The notes under the pieces are model-generated. The model was not told the origin of the DNA. It did not search any database and saw only the letters and a list, made by a program, of their open reading frames with translations. Position numbers and translations under genes: made by a program. From the NCBI RefSeq assembly GCF_009914755.1, contig NC_060927.1: a DNA stretch of 64,000 bases; one strand, written 5' to 3'. Below, in pieces: positions 57,070-64,000 of this stretch (position 1 is its first letter; every line of letters begins with the position of its first letter). This DNA comes from the human T2T-CHM13v2.0 reference genome, Homo sapiens.

Positions 57070-57930
57070 TAATATTGGACCGCACTAGGATTCTATCCTC
57101 AGGTCTCCATTGACACTCAACTCCTTTTGTGACCTTATCCAGAATAGTGGGCTTAAATTACCCGTTTGTGCTTGCAGTGCAACACTCAAAATCTTCCCTA
57201 AATGCCCGACTCCTTTATATGATTAAAATTATGACAGATATTCAAAACTAAGTCTAAAGCAGAGCTCCTAACATTCTCATTGAATGTGTTCCTCTCGCAT
57301 GCTTCCTCATCTAAATAAACATGGTGACTCCATCATTCCAAGTGCTCAGACCACAAATCTTGAAGTCAACCTGTCTCCCCTTTCTTTCCCATTATAGAAT
57401 CCATCCGTCCACAAAATCTGTTGGCTCTACTTTCAAAATATATTCAGAAACCTATGACTTCTCTTAATCTTCATCTCTATAGACTGGCCTACACTTCTAA
57501 ATCAAATAGTTGAAGGAGCATCTTAATTTGTATCTGCGGTTCCACGCTTTCTCCTCTTCAGTCTCCAGTTATCTTTTTAAAGCATTTACTCAAATCAACC
57601 ACCTTCCTACCTCTCTGACCTCATCACATACTGTCCTTCCCTCTCATTCAATCTCCAGCCACTTTGGCTCCCTGGTAATCATCTGCCTGTGATGCTTTTA
57701 ATTTGGGCATTGGAATGGCTCAATCCCAAACTCGTTTCATGTTTTTCTTCATGTGTTACTGAGGCTTTTCTTATCTACTTATGTAACAATAAAATCCTTC
57801 TCTCATTCTGGTGCCATTTCCACTTATACACAAAGCAGGAGATAAATTATTTCTCCCAAATATTTACTTATATTTCATGTAAGGGTATTACGTATCTCTC
57901 CTTTTTGGAAGAATATACTTGCCTTCAGCA
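57070..57930 (+). mobile_element. L2 fragment
   Basis: 'gactccatcattccaagtgctcagaccacaaatcttgaagtca', 'aaatctgttggctctactttcaaaatatattcagaa'. Confidence 0.75.
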
Positions 57931-58289
57931 CTGAAATCACATTTGGCCACCTGAATTGCTTGATTTATAAGGTAAGAACAAAAGTAGCTGCATTCCAATT
58001 AGAACAGAGGTTTTAATAGCCATCATATGGTTTTGTTAAAGAGACTTCAATTAAAAGTTTGCTGCACTTTTGAGTCTTCCACGACAATGCTTTGTCCCAG
58101 ATTAGAATTGCTTCTTTTGCTTAGATTACATAATGAATAAAATACATAGAGCAGAATCAGAGCTAGAACAGAGCCATATCTTACCCTGGTCAATAAAAGG
58201 CATAGTGATTTCAGAATTGTTGATTACTACAGCATAATTTAACAGTTAAAGCTGACCATGTAGACATATTTTATATTTTCCATTTTATT

Positions 58290-58442
58290 TATTATCTTCC
58301 TCACAAATGTATGCCTTCCATGAGAGCAAGGACTTGGACTGTTTTTTTCCTCTTTTAACCCAAGAACTGACAATAATGCCCAATACATGGTTGGTAGTCA
58401 GTAAATGTTTGCTTAATGGATGACTGAATAAATAAATGAATA
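58290..58442 (+). mobile_element. L2 3' end
   Basis: 'ttccatgagagcaaggactt...tgcccaatacatggttggtagtcagtaaatgtttgcttaatggatgactgaataaataaatgaa'. Confidence 0.75.
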
Positions 58443-58500
58443 TGATTATTTAATGGAATAATACAGACTAATCATCACTAAGTATTTGGTAAATAATAAA

Positions 58501-58554
58501 TTATCAAATACTAAATTAGAGTTATAATTATCAAATACTAAATCAGAATTATAA
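58501..58554. repeat. 27-bp tandem duplication (2 copies, 2 mismatches)
   Basis: ttatcaaatactaaattagagttataa / ttatcaaatactaaatcagaattataa. Confidence 0.9.
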
Positions 58555-59714
58555 TAAGTACCATGTCTTTTTAACTTTGATAGTCTCCATAGTGTGGAAC
58601 TGAGAGATTTGCACGTAGTATGTGCTTAATGTAAATTTTCTGAATGTAATTAAATTGATATTTACCATCAGTTGGTGTCAGAGGATAAGAAATTTCAAAT
58701 ATGTTTTTGAATTATTAATGGGTTTCTAAAGTAGTGTGTGAATTTTAGTCTCTTTACAGATTGTAAAAGATACACTTTAATTGACTCAAGCTGTCTACTG
58801 ATGATCTGAATACTAATGAGTCCCCTGTAGGCTCATATTGGAAAGATCATGAACCCTCAGTCTTACTAGACATTAACAATTAAGATTAGATTTGATTTAA
58901 TATGTCAACAAAGATGTACTGGGTACTTATTATATGCAGGCACTAAACAAGGAGCTCTGAAAATAATTTAAAAGATGATTATAGATGCATATATCCTATC
59001 ACTGTATTGGGTATGCTAGCTGAAAAGCCCAAGATAAAGTGACAGATATCATTATATTTGAACTAAGATGTGTAGCAGAATTTTCTTTTAGTTCTTGATG
59101 GAAATGAGAAAATAAAGTATATGAGAACTTTGATTTTATTTGGCATAATATTTTCATTATTCTGTCATTTTTATTCACAGAATTATAAGAGAGAGAGTTA
59201 ATTAATAATTCACTTAGCATATACTCATTGAATGTGTATAATGTTCAAGGTGATCTGATAGGATCCTTGTACTAAAATGATGCAGAGAGGGTTTTTCCTC
59301 TGAAAAAGCTTCCAAAGAGCAACTTCTTGTAAAAATATTGTTAGACAATAATATGTTAAAATCCTGTTAGAAAAATCATCCTGAAACTGTAAGTCACCTA
59401 ATTAATTGTAGGCTATGGGGAATGAATGCTATTTCCTCCTAATGAAGAGAAAATAACAGTTTTTAAACTAGTGTGACTGGAGGACAGATTCCCCCTAGGA
59501 AGCTGGGAAGGTCCTGAGATGACCAAATATCCAAGTACAGTCATTATCAGCCCACATTATCCCCATTTGCTTGTCTCAGTGTGCCATACAAATATTATTT
59601 TTTTCTATATGCACAATAATATGAAAAAGTTTGGGAATTACTACTCTAGAGGTTTCTACTCTTTTATCAGAACAATTAAAGATTTTGTCATGAAAGTTTC
59701 ATTACATAGTTTAA

Positions 59715-60035
<321 letters not shown>

Positions 60036-60289
60036 TAGACAACAGAAGAGAGACAGCACTGGTAAAGGAAATAGGCTTCCCTGGATCTCCCTATGTCTTT
60101 ATAGAGATAAACCTCAGGATTCCTGGCACTTGCTTGCTTCCTTTTTTAAACTATTTTTTTACATTTTAGATTCAGAATTTACATGTGTGTGTGTTTTTTT
60201 TTTCTCCCCTCTATTTTTCTGTCTGACATCACGTTTTGAATTTTTTTTTTAATTGATAAGTTAGCCACAGCAAATATTCTATATCATCT

Positions 60290-60633
60290 TGTATTAGGCC
60301 ATTTTTATGCTGCTGATAAGGACATACCTAAGACTGGAAAGAAAAGGAGATTTAATTAGACTTACAGTTCCAAATGGCTAGGGAGGCCTCAGAATCATGG
60401 TGAGAGGTGAAAAGCACTTCTTACATGGCGGTGGCAAGAGAAAAATGAGGAAGAAACAAAACTGGAAAACCCTGATAAACCCATCAGATCTCGTGAGGCT
60501 TATTCACTATCATGAGAATAGCACAGCCCCCATGATTCAATTATCTCCCCTGGGTCCCTCCCACAACACCTGGGAATTCTGGGAGATAAAATTCAAGTTG
60601 AGATTTTGATGGGGACACAGTCAAACCACATCA
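60290..60633 (-). mobile_element. THE1 (THE1C-like) MaLR solo LTR
   Basis: tgtattaggccatt...gctgataaggacatacc...gacacagtcaaaccacatca; 5-bp TSD catct/cgtct. Confidence 0.93.
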
Positions 60634-61019
60634 CGTCTAGGCACTTTTGTGTATTTCTAAAATATGCACATTTTTATTTTGTATGTTTAATGTGGAAACA
60701 TGAGTTACTATTTTAGTAACACTTTGTAAACTGTTTCAAAGTTTCTACTTATTCTCTCTGGATACTTTTTTTTTTTTTTCATTTTCAATATCCAACTTCA
60801 GAAGTGCCCCACTAAGCTAAGTAAAACAGTTTTTCGTATTCCTATGAAAACTTTCAAGATCTGTAATATATTACTGTACCTATAATATTTTATTTTATAT
60901 ATAGCATCCAGTGTTTTTCAAAGTTATTTAACCATATATACCATTTTTTGTTTTCCTGTGAGCACTAAAGCATTTAATAGGAGTAATAGTCAATGAAATA
61001 CTGGGAAACAGATATTGAG

Positions 61020-61700
61020 TTAACTCAAAATTGTAAAATTTTCAACCATCCTAATATTGGATTGTCAGGATTTAATGCAGTTTCAAGCAAAATCTAATGA
61101 GTTTTTATTTGTTTGTTTAGTGCAAAATGACACAATGAAGTTAAATTTATTTGGAAATTCAAGGGGTCCAAAACAGCTGTGGTCTATCAGTCATAAATTG
61201 CTATATTAAAAACTGCCCCAAAACACAGAGGCTTCAAAAAACATTAATTTATTAGCTCACCATTTTGTGGGTGAGTAATTTAGGCTAAGGTTAGCTGAGC
61301 AGCTCTTCAGTTGGTCTCACCTGAACTCTTTCATGCTGTCAGACTAAGCTGGTAGCTCAACAGAGGCTGGCCAGCCCAAGAGGGAGCCAGTCATTTGTTG
61401 GCAGTTGGTATGGGTGGTCAGCTGGGCCTCTCTCTACATAGTATCTCATCCAATGGGAGGTTAGCCTAAACTTTTTTACTTGACAGTCAAAGGGCTCCAA
61501 GGAGGCAAAAATGAAAGTCACAAGGCCTCATGAACCCTAGGTTCGGAAGTCACATAGTAATGATTTCCTTCACTTTTACTTTATTAGAGCAACTCATGAG
61601 GTCAACTCAAGATTCAAACAGAATTCACGGCCATTTTTAATCCACCACAAAAGAGAATCTTGAAAGAGAATGAAAAAGTTGGAAGCCTGCACTAATGAAT
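61020..61700 (+). mobile_element. L1ME-like ORF2 fragment interrupted by an antisense MLT1-type LTR (~61178-61650)
   Basis: 'gatttaatgcagtttcaagcaaaatc...aaattcaaggggtccaaaacagc' resumes as 'aatcttgaaagagaatgaaaaagttggaag'; insert has 'ccccaaaacacagaggctt...tttattagctcaccattttgtggg...gccatttttaatccaccaca'. Confidence 0.6.
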
Positions 61701-61704
61701 ATCA

Positions 61705-62633
<929 letters not shown>

Positions 62634-63195
62634 TTAGGTTTAAAATTTAATTTAAAATATAGTTTAATTTCAAAATTTAATTTAATTTTAATTTATTGCA
62701 GCTAAGTAAGACAATAACCTTGTTTTCAGGAAATAGACACTAAAAAATTTAAGGATTGAGGTGATGGTATGTGCAACTGCAACCCCACCTGAAGGTCTTC
62801 TGAGACTCAACTAGACATTCAAGTGACAAGATTCACTTGAATGACTTGAGTGACAAGATTCTCATGGGTACCACTCCAATCAGAAGTAACAGGGCAGAAA
62901 CCACAGCTTGCCAGAATGAGTGTCAGGTATTGCTTTTCTCCAGGAGTCCTTATTGCAGTGCAATATTTCAAAGGCATGATAAAAATCAGGAGGCTACAGG
63001 AGCTGATATAGCTTTAAAATATCTGGCCCCACAGGATCAATATCTTTTATAATATTTATATAAGCCATTATTTTAGGGTTTCTGCAAAGGACATGCCAGT
63101 TATGGGATTTGGTATAGTCAGAGAAGACCCCAGTATAGTTTTCTATCAGCTACTCATGCAGTTTATTAATTAAAGGTCATTTTTACCTTAAGCAA

Positions 63196-63521
63196 TGCTA
63201 TGGTTTGAATTTTTGCTCCCTCCAAAAATGTTAAAATTTGGTTGCCCCTGAGGCAGTGTTAGGAGGTGAGACCTTAGAGAAGTGCCAAAGCCCTGCGAGC
63301 TCTGTTGTCAATGATGGGATTCATGCCATTATGAAAGGGCAAAATTGGACCCCTCCTGCTCTCTTTGACCTTCTCCCTTTTACCATGTGATGACACAGCT
63401 AGAAGGCCACCACTAGATGCCAGCTCCTTGATCTTGAATTTCCTGGCCTCCAAAAATGTGAGCTCATTATAAATTACTGAGTCTTAGATACTCTGATAGC
63501 TGCACAGAACAATCCAAGACA
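63196..63521 (+). mobile_element. MSTC/MSTD-like MaLR solo LTR
   Basis: tgctatggtttgaat...ccaagaca; 5-bp TSD agcaa/agcag. Confidence 0.85.
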
Positions 63522-63540
63522 AGCAGCCAGTAACACCTTT

Positions 63541-63600
63541 ATACATATACATATATATATATATATACGTATATATATATATATATATACATATATATAT
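63541..63600. repeat. (TA)n microsatellite at the MLT2A boundary
   Basis: Read directly. Confidence 0.95.
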
Positions 63601-64000
63601 AAAGAGGAGTAAAGAGGAGTTTATTAAATATTAACTTACATGATCACAAGGTCCCACAACAGGTCATCTGCAAGCTGAGGAGCAAGGAGAGCCAGTCCAA
63701 GTCCCAAAACTGAAGAACTTGGAGTCCGATGTTCAAGGGCAGGAAGCATCCAGCATGGGAGAAAGATGTAGGCTGGGATGCTGGGCCAGTCTAGTCTTTT
63801 CACGTTTTTCTGCCTGTTTTATATTCTAGCCATGCTGGCAGCTGATTAGATGGTGCCCACCCAGATTAAGGGTGGGTCTGCCTTTCCCAGCCCACTAACT
63901 CAAATGTTAATCTCCTTTGGCAACACCAGCACCCACACAGACATACCCAAGATCAATACTTTGCATCCTTCAGTCCAATCAAGTTGACGCTCAGTATTAA
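63601..64000 (-). mobile_element. MLT2A1-like (HERV-L) LTR running off the window end
   Basis: 'gagtttattaaatattaacttacatgatcacaaggtcccacaa...tctgcaagctgaggagcaagg...cagattaagggtggg...caatcaagttgacgctcagtattaa'. Confidence 0.92.

Overview
AT-rich primate genomic DNA from a gene desert or deep intron. It is hominoid (human or great ape), because it holds an SVA element together with AluY and L1PA. I found no credible host protein-coding exon, RNA gene, CRISPR array or prokaryotic feature. The recognisable ORFs in the track are decayed LINE-1 ORF2 or ORF0 pieces or readings through SVA, Alu and LTR sequence; the rest look like chance. Much of the window is interspersed repeat: old L1M, L2, MIR, MaLR/ERV LTRs, TcMar/hAT DNA-transposon fossils, Alus and microsatellites. 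I do not see a new biological system. The most unusual structures lie at 42.7-47.0 kb. One is a full-length older SVA with a ~150 bp 3' transduction. The other is an L1PA4/5-like insertion with no poly(A) or TSD, made of two head-to-head pieces: an antisense ORF2 RT fragment joined to a nearly complete 5'UTR/ORF1 start, and fused by 4-bp microhomology to half an AluJ. Two older L1s show twin-priming inversion geometry. An Alu 5' stub and a complementary 5'-truncated AluY 19 kb away in opposite orientation hint weakly at an inversion. Repeat subfamily names come from my recall of consensus sequences, not from a database search, and boundaries of old repeats are approximate.
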